DNA of 64,000 nt from Bacteriovoracia bacterium (GTDB taxonomy: Bacteria > Bdellovibrionota > UBA1018 > CAIPTA01): NCBI GenBank assembly GCA_050246755.1, contig JBFWVL010000001.1, positions 416,001 through 480,000 on the forward strand, given 5' to 3'. Under the pieces are notes generated by a model. The model did no database searches and was not told where the DNA came from. It saw only the letters and a list, made by a program, of their open reading frames with translations. Every line of letters begins with the position of its first letter. Positions within the stretch are counted from its first letter, which is position 1. This document shows, piece after piece, positions 18,271 to 26,918 of this stretch. The position numbers and the translations under genes are program-made.

Positions 18271-18343
18271 AGCGAGAGTTTAACTGATAAATTTGCCGCT
18301 CGCGAGCGCGCGAGCGAGAAATTCGCCTAAAATAACAGCGCTT

Positions 18344-19255
18344 TTACCGTAGCAGTTCCCCTGCTTTACCTTCCGGCAAGGGGGAAAGATCCCCCTTCCA
18401 GCGGCGGTGAATCCAAAGCCACTGGGAAGGAAACTCCCGGATCCAAGCTTCCGTGTGACGCACGTACGCCGCAGTATTCAGTAAAATCGCCTGATCGGTA
18501 TCTTCATGCGTGAGGGTGGGGAGAACTGGATCGAATCGAACTAAATAACGGCCGTTTTTTTGGCGGATCGCCAGCGCGGGAACTACGGGCACGCCCGTGC
18601 GAAGCGCCAATGCGGCCAGGGCGGTATGGCTTCCTACTGCCTTTCCGAAAAAAGGCACTCGCGCCCCTACCGGGGCACCCGCATACTGGTCCATTACGAA
18701 ACCCACCATTTCTTTCCGGCGCAACGCCTTGAGAATGTCTTGCATCGTTTTCGGCTCCACCGCCATCCTCACTCCGAGCAATTGCCGCGTAACTTCGATG
18801 ATCCGGTGTAGCCAGTCCGGCTTGAGCTTTTTGGTGACCATGGTCACGGAGCTAAAAAAGCGCCAGGGACCAGAAATGGTGAGGAGCTCCCAATTTCCGA
18901 GATGAGCCGACAGCACGAATACCCCCTTGCCTTCCGCCAACGCGTCCCGGAGGTGCTCTTCCCCGCAAAAATCCGTATGGCGGCGTAAAAGATCATCGAA
19001 GCGATAGAATGAACGGAAAATTTCCAAAAAAAGAGTTCCGAGCTCGCGGTAGATCTCCTGGGTTAGGCTCTGCATTTCGCCCCGGCCCTTTTCGGGAAAG
19101 GCCAGCGCCAGATTTTCCTCTACTACCCGCTTACGGAATCCGCAGAACGAAAGAATATTCCCCAGGCCGTGGCCGGCGGCCAAGAATAAAGAACGAGGAA
19201 AAAAAGATAGGAAGAAGCCTATCAGTTTGAAAAAAATCAGCCCGAAATAGAACAA
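18344..19255 (-). CDS. lpxL: Lipid A late acyltransferase (LpxL/HtrB family)
   Basis: AHLGNWE, MDQ, VPFFG, PSQWLWIHRRWK. Confidence 0.88.
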   Translation of the reverse strand: MFYFGLIFFKLIGFFLSFFPRSLFLAAGHGLGNILSFCGFRKRVVEENLALAFPEKGRGEMQSLTQEIYRELGTLFLEIFRSFYRFDDLLRRHTDFCGEEHLRDALAEGKGVFVLSAHLGNWELLTISGPWRFFSSVTMVTKKLKPDWLHRIIEVTRQLLGVRMAVEPKTMQDILKALRRKEMVGFVMDQYAGAPVGARVPFFGKAVGSHTALAALALRTGVPVVPALAIRQKNGRYLVRFDPVLPTLTHEDTDQAILLNTAAYVRHTEAWIREFPSQWLWIHRRWKGDLSPLPEGKAGELLR

Positions 19256-20289
19256 CGCCTTGCCTCCGCAAAAATTTCCGCCAGGAAACGCTGGATTTTC
19301 GCTTCGTCGGCTTCGCTGAAGCGAAGCCTCACTTTCAGGACCAGACCGCTCGTGCCGGCAAGATCCTCCTTCCAGCGAGCCGCATCCTTCTCGCTGAGAA
19401 GCAGGACCGCGCCGCTATTTTTCTGCAAGGCGATTTGAATTTTCTTAAGATCCGCGGCCTCCAGGCGATGGTGATCGGGAAATTGGATTTCTTCCTTTAC
19501 CGCCAAGCCGAGCGAAAGTGCCATCGCGCGCAAGCCTGCCGGTTTGGCGATGCCGCTGACCAGCACGAAGGCTTTGCCCTCGGTGGAGAGAACGCCCTCG
19601 CCCGTGATAAAATCCGCGAATTCGCGAAACTCGTAGGCCGCCCATACCAAATCCGGCCGTTTAGCGCCGGAGCGCTTCCAGAGAGCCGGAAGCCGGTTTT
19701 CCATGTTCGCCGTAACGGCGGCGGCCAAAACTTTTCTTTCCTGGCTTACCAGCGCTTCGGAACGCGTGATCGCCACGAGATCGGCCCGGCCCAGCGCTTC
19801 GGCCGGCTCGCGCATTCTTCCGAACGGCAGGGTTCGCCCGAAAATAGATTCCTCGCCGTCGACCATCACTACGTCGCGATCGCGAGCGAGCTTCCAGTGC
19901 TGAAAGCCATCGTCGAGAATCACGAGCTCGGGCGCGCCGAGTTTCTGCCAATTCTTTTCCGCCATCCGGCCCCGATCGGGATGTACCAACAGAGAAATGC
20001 CCGGCAGCCGGTTCTTAATCATCCAAGGCTCGTCGCCCAAAAGGTCTACGCTCGGAAGCTTCTCTTGGGATCCTACGATCACCAGCTCGCCACTTTTCCT
20101 TTTATACCCGCGGGATAAAACGGCCGTACGCAGCCCGGCGGCCAAGGCCCGCTCGGCGAGCAACATCACGAACGGCGATTTCCCTGTTCCGCCGAGCGAT
20201 ATATTGCCCACACTCACTACAAATCCGGGTAAACGAACAGGCTTCACGAATTCATTTTGATAGAACCAGGAGCGAACTTTTCCGATCAT
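19237..20289 (-). CDS. lpxK: Tetraacyldisaccharide 4'-kinase
   Basis: VSVGNISLGGTGKSP, LSRGY, GDEP, LDDGFQH, FPDHH, EKDA. Confidence 0.95.
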   Translation of the reverse strand: MIGKVRSWFYQNEFVKPVRLPGFVVSVGNISLGGTGKSPFVMLLAERALAAGLRTAVLSRGYKRKSGELVIVGSQEKLPSVDLLGDEPWMIKNRLPGISLLVHPDRGRMAEKNWQKLGAPELVILDDGFQHWKLARDRDVVMVDGEESIFGRTLPFGRMREPAEALGRADLVAITRSEALVSQERKVLAAAVTANMENRLPALWKRSGAKRPDLVWAAYEFREFADFITGEGVLSTEGKAFVLVSGIAKPAGLRAMALSLGLAVKEEIQFPDHHRLEAADLKKIQIALQKNSGAVLLLSEKDAARWKEDLAGTSGLVLKVRLRFSEADEAKIQRFLAEIFAEARRCSISG

Positions 20290-21449
20290 TTACGTTCCCG
20301 CAAAAAACGAAGAATGGCTTGCGCCGCATTGGTGACGGGATGCCCCTGCCCCTGCAGCAGGGCCCGCGTACCGGCGAGTTTCTCTTTCTGCCGCGTCCAG
20401 GCGGGATCCGCCATTACTTCTCTTAAAGAAGAAGCCAGCTGAAACGGCTCCACATCATGTTGCAGTATTTCGGGTACCACCCGCTCCTCAGTGCCTAACC
20501 CTTCGTGAATGATATTCACGATGGCAATCGGCCCCCGGTAGCGCACGAAGTTCCGGAATAAAAACGCCGTAAATGAATTTACCTTATATACCACCACCAT
20601 CGGCGTGCCCACCACGGCCGCCTCGAGCGTGGCGGTGCCGGAGGCGATCCAAGCCGCCCGTGATTTTCGCAGAATTTCATGGGCCGGCGCCTCCCAAACG
20701 CGAAAAGCCGCGCCGAGAGACCGTATGGAATCGCCGTAAGGGCCGTCGGGAGATAAAAATTCCCTCACCAGCGCGCTTTTCCGCAGAGGCTCGGCCACCG
20801 GTAAATGAAATTCCAGGCGGGAATCCGCCCGGCTCAGAAGCGCAGCGGCGGCCACCATCGGGCCGAAAAGATTGCGCCACTCACTCTCCCGGCTGCCGGG
20901 CATGAGGGCGATCTGATGCTCCACCGGGCTGTAGGGCAGCTTAGGAATTTCTTCGGTAACGGGATGGCCCACGTACTCCACCCGCAGATTTCCCGGAGCG
21001 TTTTGCCGGTACCAATCCGGCTCGAACGGCAGGATCAACAGGAGGAGATCAAGACATTCCGCCATCTGCTTTACGCGGCCCGAACGCCACGCCCAGACTT
21101 GCGGGGAAATATAATAGACCACCGGAATACCGAGCTTCTTCAAGCGCGGGGCCAGACGCAGGTTAAAGTCGGGTAAATCGAGGAGAAGCGCGAAGTCGGG
21201 TTTTTCCTTCGCGCCCAGCGCTTCCAGCTCCTTGAAGAGCTGCAGCGTTTGCGGGATTTTGCGCAAAGCTTCGGTAAGGCCCACCACCGCCATATCGCGG
21301 GCGTGCCGGATCGGTTTCAGCCCCTGCGCGATGAGCTGGTCGCCACCGATTCCGATAAGCTCTATTGGTTCCGACTTGGCGAGCTCGGCCACGAGATGCC
21401 CCGCATGGAGATCGGCCGACGCCTCACCTGCTACGACGAGAATTTTCAT
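20286..21449 (-). CDS. lpxB: Lipid-A-disaccharide synthase
   Basis: AGEASADLH, DLPDFN, YYISPQVWAWR, ILPFE, VGHP, PGSR, SGTATLE. Confidence 0.97.
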   Translation of the reverse strand: MKILVVAGEASADLHAGHLVAELAKSEPIELIGIGGDQLIAQGLKPIRHARDMAVVGLTEALRKIPQTLQLFKELEALGAKEKPDFALLLDLPDFNLRLAPRLKKLGIPVVYYISPQVWAWRSGRVKQMAECLDLLLLILPFEPDWYRQNAPGNLRVEYVGHPVTEEIPKLPYSPVEHQIALMPGSRESEWRNLFGPMVAAAALLSRADSRLEFHLPVAEPLRKSALVREFLSPDGPYGDSIRSLGAAFRVWEAPAHEILRKSRAAWIASGTATLEAAVVGTPMVVVYKVNSFTAFLFRNFVRYRGPIAIVNIIHEGLGTEERVVPEILQHDVEPFQLASSLREVMADPAWTRQKEKLAGTRALLQGQGHPVTNAAQAILRFLRERK

Positions 21450-22444
21450 GGCGATAGAGAAGGACGGATTTCCAGCTTTTCCATGCGGCGATTGATGTCT
21501 GCCACCACCCGCTCCGCCACTTCGATGGCGGCGAGGCCTGCCTGGCCGGAAACCAACGGCGCCCGCTTTTCGCGAACCGCGGCCACGAAATCACGGATTT
21601 CCTCCGCGAGCGCGTCCTCCACCTTGAGAGATCCGCTCTGGTGGGAAATAGCTTTGGCCAAATCGGTTTCTCCCGGATTCTTAAGGTATTGCTCGAAAGT
21701 TCCGGCGGCCAAGTCGAGAGAGAGATAAGAGTCACTGCAGAAGATACGGAACTTGCGCGTGCGCCCGATCGAAATGCGGGACGAAGTAAGATTGGCCACG
21801 CAGCCGTTCTCGAACTCGAAGCGGCAGTTGGCAATATCAATCATCTTCGTGAGCACGGGAAAACCCGACGCATGGATTTCCTTCAGTGGGCTGTTCGCCA
21901 TGGCCAGCATCAAATCGATGTCGTGGATCATCAGATCGAAGATCACGTCGATGTCCGTGGAGCGCGCCGGAAAAGGGCTGAGGCGGTGGCACTCGATGAA
22001 ATAAGGCCGCCCGCGCAGGGACTGGTAAACTTCCACCGCGCGGTGCCGCTCTACCTGGCCGGTAGCTAAGATCAGACCCTTGCGCTCGGCCGCGTCTACG
22101 AGCTTTTTTCCCTCGGCCGAAGAGGAAGCGAGCGGCTTCTCCACCAGCAGGTGGACGCCCTGATCGATCAGGCGCAGGCCCGTGCTCACGTGTTCGTCGG
22201 TGATCGTCGCGATGCTCGCCAGGTCGGCCTTCGCGGCTTTTCCGGCGGCTACGGCGGTGAAGTATTCGTCGAGCGAGGAAAAGAGCGGCGCGCGCAGCCC
22301 GTACTTATCGGCTTTCGCCTTCAGCTCGGCGGCGCGGGGATCGATGAGGCCCACGAGCTCCACTCCCGCCAGGTGCGCGTACTTCTGCGCGTGAAAACCA
22401 CCCAGGTGGCCGAAACCGACAACGATGGCGCGCAGAGTTTGCAT
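21446..22444 (-). CDS. Gfo/Idh/MocA oxidoreductase, GnnA-like (UDP-GlcNAc 3-dehydrogenase)
   Basis: GFGHLGGFHA, VEKP, GQVER, HRLSPF, DVIFDLMIHDID; lies between lpxA and lpxB. Confidence 0.75.
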   Translation of the reverse strand: MQTLRAIVVGFGHLGGFHAQKYAHLAGVELVGLIDPRAAELKAKADKYGLRAPLFSSLDEYFTAVAAGKAAKADLASIATITDEHVSTGLRLIDQGVHLLVEKPLASSSAEGKKLVDAAERKGLILATGQVERHRAVEVYQSLRGRPYFIECHRLSPFPARSTDIDVIFDLMIHDIDLMLAMANSPLKEIHASGFPVLTKMIDIANCRFEFENGCVANLTSSRISIGRTRKFRIFCSDSYLSLDLAAGTFEQYLKNPGETDLAKAISHQSGSLKVEDALAEEIRDFVAAVREKRAPLVSGQAGLAAIEVAERVVADINRRMEKLEIRPSLSP

Positions 22445-23221
22445 CTAACGGCTGATTCCTTTTTCGCTTTTACGGATGAAATCGATGAAATACTGAGCAT
22501 CCGGCTGGCCGGAGAGTTTCTTATCCAGCTCCACGAGCGCCTGCTCCCGCTCTAGCCCGCTTTCGAAATAAATCTTATAGGCTTCTTGAACAGCCTTCAT
22601 GCGTTCCCCGTCGAAGCCGCGGCGGCGGAGTCCCACTAGATTCAGGCCGCGCACTTCGCTGGGATCGCCCACGAGGATCACGTAAGGAGCCACGTCTTTG
22701 CGTACGCCCGTCATCCCGCCGATGAACGCGTGTTTTCCCACGCGCAAAAACTGCGTCACCCCGCATACGCCGGAGAGAATTACCCAATCTTCTAAAACCA
22801 CGTGGCCGGAAAGGCCGGAATAATTCGCCATCACCACGTTGTTGCCCACCAGGCAGTCGTGGGCCACGTGGCAGTAGGCCATGATCAGGCAATCATTGCC
22901 GATCTTGGTGAGGCCGCCACCCGTAACCGTACCGGTATTCACCGTTACGCATTCGCGGAAATGATTGCGATCACCAATCTCGAGGCGTGTGGGTTCGCCC
23001 TTATACTTCAAATCTTGGGGCTTTCCGCCGAGCACGGCGTAAGAGCCGATCTCGTTGTTCTCGCCGATGGTGGTATGCCCCTCCACGCACGCGTGGTGCA
23101 TGATCTTCGTGCCCCGGCCGATCTTCGCGAATTCTCCCACGTACGCAAAAGCATCGACGGTAACGTCGGCGGCGAGTTCCGCCTTCGGATGCACGAACGC
23201 CATTGGATGGATATTGCTCAT
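22445..23221 (-). CDS. lpxA: UDP-N-acetylglucosamine acyltransferase
   Basis: Hexapeptide repeats, PQDLKYKGE, MAYCHVAHDC, GLNLVGLRRRG; start at MSNIHP overlapping the fabZ stop (ATGA). Confidence 0.96.
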   Translation of the reverse strand: MSNIHPMAFVHPKAELAADVTVDAFAYVGEFAKIGRGTKIMHHACVEGHTTIGENNEIGSYAVLGGKPQDLKYKGEPTRLEIGDRNHFRECVTVNTGTVTGGGLTKIGNDCLIMAYCHVAHDCLVGNNVVMANYSGLSGHVVLEDWVILSGVCGVTQFLRVGKHAFIGGMTGVRKDVAPYVILVGDPSEVRGLNLVGLRRRGFDGERMKAVQEAYKIYFESGLEREQALVELDKKLSGQPDAQYFIDFIRKSEKGISR

Positions 23222-23733
23222 AACCCCTCCGCTACCACGCTGGCCATCAGATCGCATTCCACCACGAGCTGGCCGTCGATTTCACCGGTGCAGTGGAATC
23301 CCCAGATCGGGCCCCGCTGTTTTTTCACTTCGCATTTCACCGTAAGCGTATCTCCAGGAACGAAAGGGCGGCGAAAGCGGGTATTGTCTACTCCGGCCAA
23401 ACGCAGCTCAAATCCCCCGATCACTTTCATGTTTTCGTCCGTCTTCACCCAGGGCATCACCCCGTAGCTGCACATTTGCGCCATGGTCTCGATCATGATC
23501 ACGCCGGGAGTGATGGGCAATCCGGGAAAGTGGCCGGTAAAATACGGCTCATTGATCGTGCAGTTTTTTACGCCGACCACCTTGGTGCCCACGGGAATTT
23601 TCTTGCCCGTTTCGTCGAGGGGAACTTCCACGCTGAGGATTTTATCCACGAATAAAAATGGATACCGGTGCGGAAGATAGTTCTGGATCTTGATTTGGTC
23701 GAAGGGACCATACTTCTGTACTTCTTGGCTCAT
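23218..23733 (-). CDS. fabZ: 3-hydroxyacyl-ACP dehydratase
   Basis: [33 protein letters not shown]. Confidence 0.96.
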   Translation of the reverse strand: MSQEVQKYGPFDQIKIQNYLPHRYPFLFVDKILSVEVPLDETGKKIPVGTKVVGVKNCTINEPYFTGHFPGLPITPGVIMIETMAQMCSYGVMPWVKTDENMKVIGGFELRLAGVDNTRFRRPFVPGDTLTVKCEVKKQRGPIWGFHCTGEIDGQLVVECDLMASVVAEGL

Positions 23734-24782
23734 AGCTCTTTTTCCTGTTTTTTCCGCTCAGCAAACAATTCTGGTAACCGGGAAATATAGGCCTGCAGGC
23801 GGCGGTATTCTCGGCGCGGCATCGCGGGTACCCCGCCCCACATGATTCCCGGAGGGACGATACTCGAAACGGCCGAAAATGCGGAAATCTGTGCGCCGGT
23901 TCCCACGCGAACCTTATTCGCGATTCCCACGAAGCCCGCGATCACGGCGTAATTTTCCACCGTCACGGATCCCGCCAAGCCAGTGCAGCCGCAGATGATC
24001 ACGCCTTCGCCGATTTGGCAGTTATGCCCGATCTGAACTTGGTTATCGATGATGCAACCATTGCCGATCACGGTATCCCCGAGGGTACCGCGATCGATCG
24101 TGGTGCTCGCGCCCACTTCCACATCGTTGCCGATCCGCACGCCACCAATATGGTGGATCTTCACGTGCTTCACGCCGGTAGCAGTACGCTCTTGCACGTA
24201 GCCAAAACCATCGGCGCCGATCACGGAATTGGCGTGGATACGCACGCGCTCGCCGAGGCGGCAGTCCTGGTAAATCACCGCGCCGGGAAAAAGCACGGAA
24301 TCCTGGCCCACGTGCGCTCGTTCACCCACGTAAGTGTTCGCGTGCAAAATCACTCCCGATTCAATTTCCGCGGCGGCTTCCACCACGGCAAAAGCGCCGA
24401 TCGTGACGTTCGCCCCGATGCGCGCGGACGGATGAACCTGCGCGGTGGCATGCACCGAAGGGGCCGGAGGCAGTTCCGTTTGGAAATAGCGGCTGGCCTT
24501 GGCGAAGGCGAGCATCGCATCGCGGCTGCGCAAGCGAGTCAGCTGCGGCGCGATCGTCTCCGCTTTTTCCCAGAGCGAATCGCTAATTACGAAAACCCCG
24601 GCCTGCGCGCTGGCCAGCAAGGGCAGAAGATTCTCTTGAGCGACAAAAACTAAATCGCCGGCTTCGGGCTTTTCGATGGGGACAATGCGCGCGAGCTCCA
24701 GCCCGCGCAGCGAAGAAAAATCTCCAACCAGACCCAGCTCAGGGAAAAGATCCCCGAGGAGGACCTTACTTTTTCGCGTCAT
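23730..24782 (-). CDS. lpxD: UDP-3-O-(3-hydroxyacyl)glucosamine N-acyltransferase
   Basis: [28 protein letters not shown], hexapeptide repeats. Confidence 0.96.
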   Translation of the reverse strand: MTRKSKVLLGDLFPELGLVGDFSSLRGLELARIVPIEKPEAGDLVFVAQENLLPLLASAQAGVFVISDSLWEKAETIAPQLTRLRSRDAMLAFAKASRYFQTELPPAPSVHATAQVHPSARIGANVTIGAFAVVEAAAEIESGVILHANTYVGERAHVGQDSVLFPGAVIYQDCRLGERVRIHANSVIGADGFGYVQERTATGVKHVKIHHIGGVRIGNDVEVGASTTIDRGTLGDTVIGNGCIIDNQVQIGHNCQIGEGVIICGCTGLAGSVTVENYAVIAGFVGIANKVRVGTGAQISAFSAVSSIVPPGIMWGGVPAMPRREYRRLQAYISRLPELFAERKKQEKEL

Positions 24783-25305
24783 AACGCTTGATCACTTCGT
24801 CGGTGATATCGTCTTGGTCTTGGGCGTAGATCACGTTGCCGCCATCGATCACGAGGGTATAGCCCTTTTCTTTGGAAACTTGGGCCACGATCGTGCGCAA
24901 CTTCTCGATGATGGGCTTGGAAATATCTTGGTCGCGTTTCTGGAAGTCAGCCTGGCTCTTCGCTTCCTGCTCGCGGAGGCGCATGATTTGGCCCTGGATT
25001 GCTTCCTCTTTTTCGCGGCGGGTTTTTTCGTCCATGATGCTGGCTTGTTTACGCAGATCTTCCATCGAGTCCTGGATTTTTTTGCCATCGGCCTGAAGCT
25101 TCTTCTGGCGATCTTCCCATTCCTTGCGGAGAGTCTCTTCGGCCTTTTTGCCTTCTTTTACGCTCTTGATGGCTTCCTGCATATTGAGCATCGCCACTCG
25201 GGTGGTGGTAGCTGGGGCGGAGGCCGCGGGAGCGCTAGGAGCAGCTACGGCGGTGGCGGAAAGAGCGAAGAGGGCAATACATGCGAGCGAATGAGCGAAT
25301 TTCAT
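24766..25305 (-). CDS. skp: Periplasmic chaperone Skp/OmpH
   Basis: Signal peptide, coiled coil, KGYTLVID...DITDEVI; upstream of lpxD. Confidence 0.92.
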   Translation of the reverse strand: MKFAHSLACIALFALSATAVAAPSAPAASAPATTTRVAMLNMQEAIKSVKEGKKAEETLRKEWEDRQKKLQADGKKIQDSMEDLRKQASIMDEKTRREKEEAIQGQIMRLREQEAKSQADFQKRDQDISKPIIEKLRTIVAQVSKEKGYTLVIDGGNVIYAQDQDDITDEVIKRYDAKK

Positions 25306-25426
25306 CTGAATTTTCTCCTTAAGGTAGAGCCGATGCGCAATGTGTCAGCGCTTAAATGGCAGCTCTAAGGCCTCCACTATAGTGGAGACACTTGCGGGAG
25401 CAAAGGCTTTCTTACATTCTAGTAGG

Positions 25427-26293
25427 ATGAAAATCCTACGACTTTTACCCATCCTACTTTTCCTCGCACCGCACATTTCGCATAGCGCCGAAACCGTGGT
25501 CTTCCGCGAGGATCTTTTTAGTCCGTTCCCGGCCGGCTTCATGATTCCACCCGACCAGCCAGAAGGATTCGTGGCATTGCCACCGGGCCGGCCTTTTCCT
25601 ACGCTGGCGTCGGACCCCCGCGATTTAAAGATCGGGCTCATAAAAAACAGTAAGGACGAAATTGAAGCGAACATCGGCGGCTACCGTTCGCTCGTGGGAT
25701 GGAAAGGAAACATCAAAGACAGGTCTACCGTGATCCACGGGGGCATCGAGGGGAATGGCTATTTCCTCATGCGCCAAGAAGGCTCGAAATTTCCCCTCCA
25801 TAGTTCCGATGGCTTGATCGGGCTTTACGCCGAGGCCATCCGCGGCCTCACGATGTATCAGCTTCGCTACACCCACGTTTCGGCGCACCTAAGCGACGGA
25901 CTCTTCGGGGTGCGCCAAAGGATTTTCTATACACGCGAAACTCTTTCGCTGCGCTTGGCGCGGCAGCTGGATGTTTTCCGCGTGTATGGCGGGTATCACT
26001 ACCTCGTGCATACCGAGCCGAAAATTCCTAAACACTCCCTGCAGGCGGGATTCTACTCGATCCTTCCTTGGCATTGGCAGAAGCTGCACCCCTACTTCGG
26101 CGCGGACTTAAAAGTGCGAAACAAAGAAGAAGGCACGACCTATACGATCGTCGGCGGCGGAGCTTTGGTTTCCAGCCTCGGCGCTCCTCCCGTGAGGCTC
26201 GCGGTCAATTACACGAAGGGCCACGATTTACGCGGGCAATTTTATAAAGAGAAATCGGAAAAATGGGGTTTTGGCCTCGAGATGGACTTTTAA
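25427..26293 (+). CDS. Exported outer-membrane-type protein, DUF1207-like
   Basis: Start re-set to MKILRLL; signal peptide; FPTLASDPR, H.SAHLSD, C-terminal Phe (beta-barrel signal). Confidence 0.65.
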   Translation: MKILRLLPILLFLAPHISHSAETVVFREDLFSPFPAGFMIPPDQPEGFVALPPGRPFPTLASDPRDLKIGLIKNSKDEIEANIGGYRSLVGWKGNIKDRSTVIHGGIEGNGYFLMRQEGSKFPLHSSDGLIGLYAEAIRGLTMYQLRYTHVSAHLSDGLFGVRQRIFYTRETLSLRLARQLDVFRVYGGYHYLVHTEPKIPKHSLQAGFYSILPWHWQKLHPYFGADLKVRNKEEGTTYTIVGGGALVSSLGAPPVRLAVNYTKGHDLRGQFYKEKSEKWGFGLEMDF

Positions 26294-26294
26294 C

Positions 26295-26430
26295 CGGAAT
26301 CAGAATCGGAAATCGGAAATCGGAAATCGGATCGGATTCGGAAATCTGGTCTGATTGAGATCTGATGCTGCTATCTGCCTTCGGAATAGATGGCGGATTA
26401 CGGAATCAGATCTGATTCGGAAAATTGTTC
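26295..26430. repeat. Heptamer repeat tract (AATCGGA x4 at 26304-26331 plus degenerate copies) and palindrome GAATCAGATCTGATTC (26403-26418)
   Basis: Read directly from the sequence; 3' flank of the four-helix-bundle gene. Confidence 0.88.
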
Positions 26431-26485
26431 CGGTGACTGATTTTAGGACTCTACCTCGTCCTATTTTTGGACAAGTTCGTATCCT

Positions 26486-26788
26486 CTATTTTGGATGGCA
26501 TAGCCGATATAAATGCGCTCCTAGAATGTCCGCTTCTTTTACTAAATCCGGAAATTCCTGCGGCGATAAATCCAAAGCTGCCTGTGATTCGCGCAGAGAA
26601 CCAAGTGCTTGAAAAAAGAATCGATTCTGATCTTTCCGAGTAGATCGGCCACATCCCTCAGCAATATTCAGGGCAATAGAACTCGAAGCCCGCAGAAGCT
26701 GATCCTTTAAATAATCTGGTAATTTTACGGAACGGCAATTGCGATGAAACGTAATCGCAATTTGATACGTACGAACATTTTTTAGCAT
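26486..26788 (-). CDS. Four-helix-bundle protein (23S rRNA IVS protein / bAvd-like family)
   Basis: LKDQLLRASSSIALNIAEGCGR...RFFFQALGSLRE; SD AAAGGAG before MLKNVR; visibly more AT-rich than its neighbours. Confidence 0.9.
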   Translation of the reverse strand: MLKNVRTYQIAITFHRNCRSVKLPDYLKDQLLRASSSIALNIAEGCGRSTRKDQNRFFFQALGSLRESQAALDLSPQEFPDLVKEADILGAHLYRLCHPK

Positions 26789-26850
26789 GAATACTCCTTT
26801 AGTAAGCCCGGGCTTTCGCAAGAACGAAGCCAAAAACCACTAAAGGAAAG

Positions 26851-26918
26851 GGATTTCAGATCAGATTTCAGACAACGATTCAGAAGGCTGACGACAGAGT
26901 CCGATCAGCTTTCTGATC
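26851..26918. repeat. Degenerate short-repeat tract (GATTTCAGA/TCAGA units), partly complementary to 26330-26387
   Basis: 26856-26872 TCAGATCAGATTTCAGA vs 26338-26354 TCGGAAATCTGGTCTGA gives 15/17 Watson-Crick pairs. Confidence 0.7.

Noticed and set aside
18297-18316. GC hairpin CGCTCGCG-AGCG-CGCGAGCG between lpxL and the DUF3108-like gene
   Set aside because: Single short hairpin with no U-tract and no second copy; not enough to call a terminator or REP element
26295-26430. Repeat tract considered as a CRISPR array or DGR template/variable repeat
   Set aside because: Units are 5-7 nt with no spacers; no cas genes, reverse transcriptase or adenine-variant repeat pair in the window
26486-26788. 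23S rRNA intervening sequence location implied by the protein family name
   Set aside because: No rRNA sequence flanks the gene; it lies between protein-coding genes
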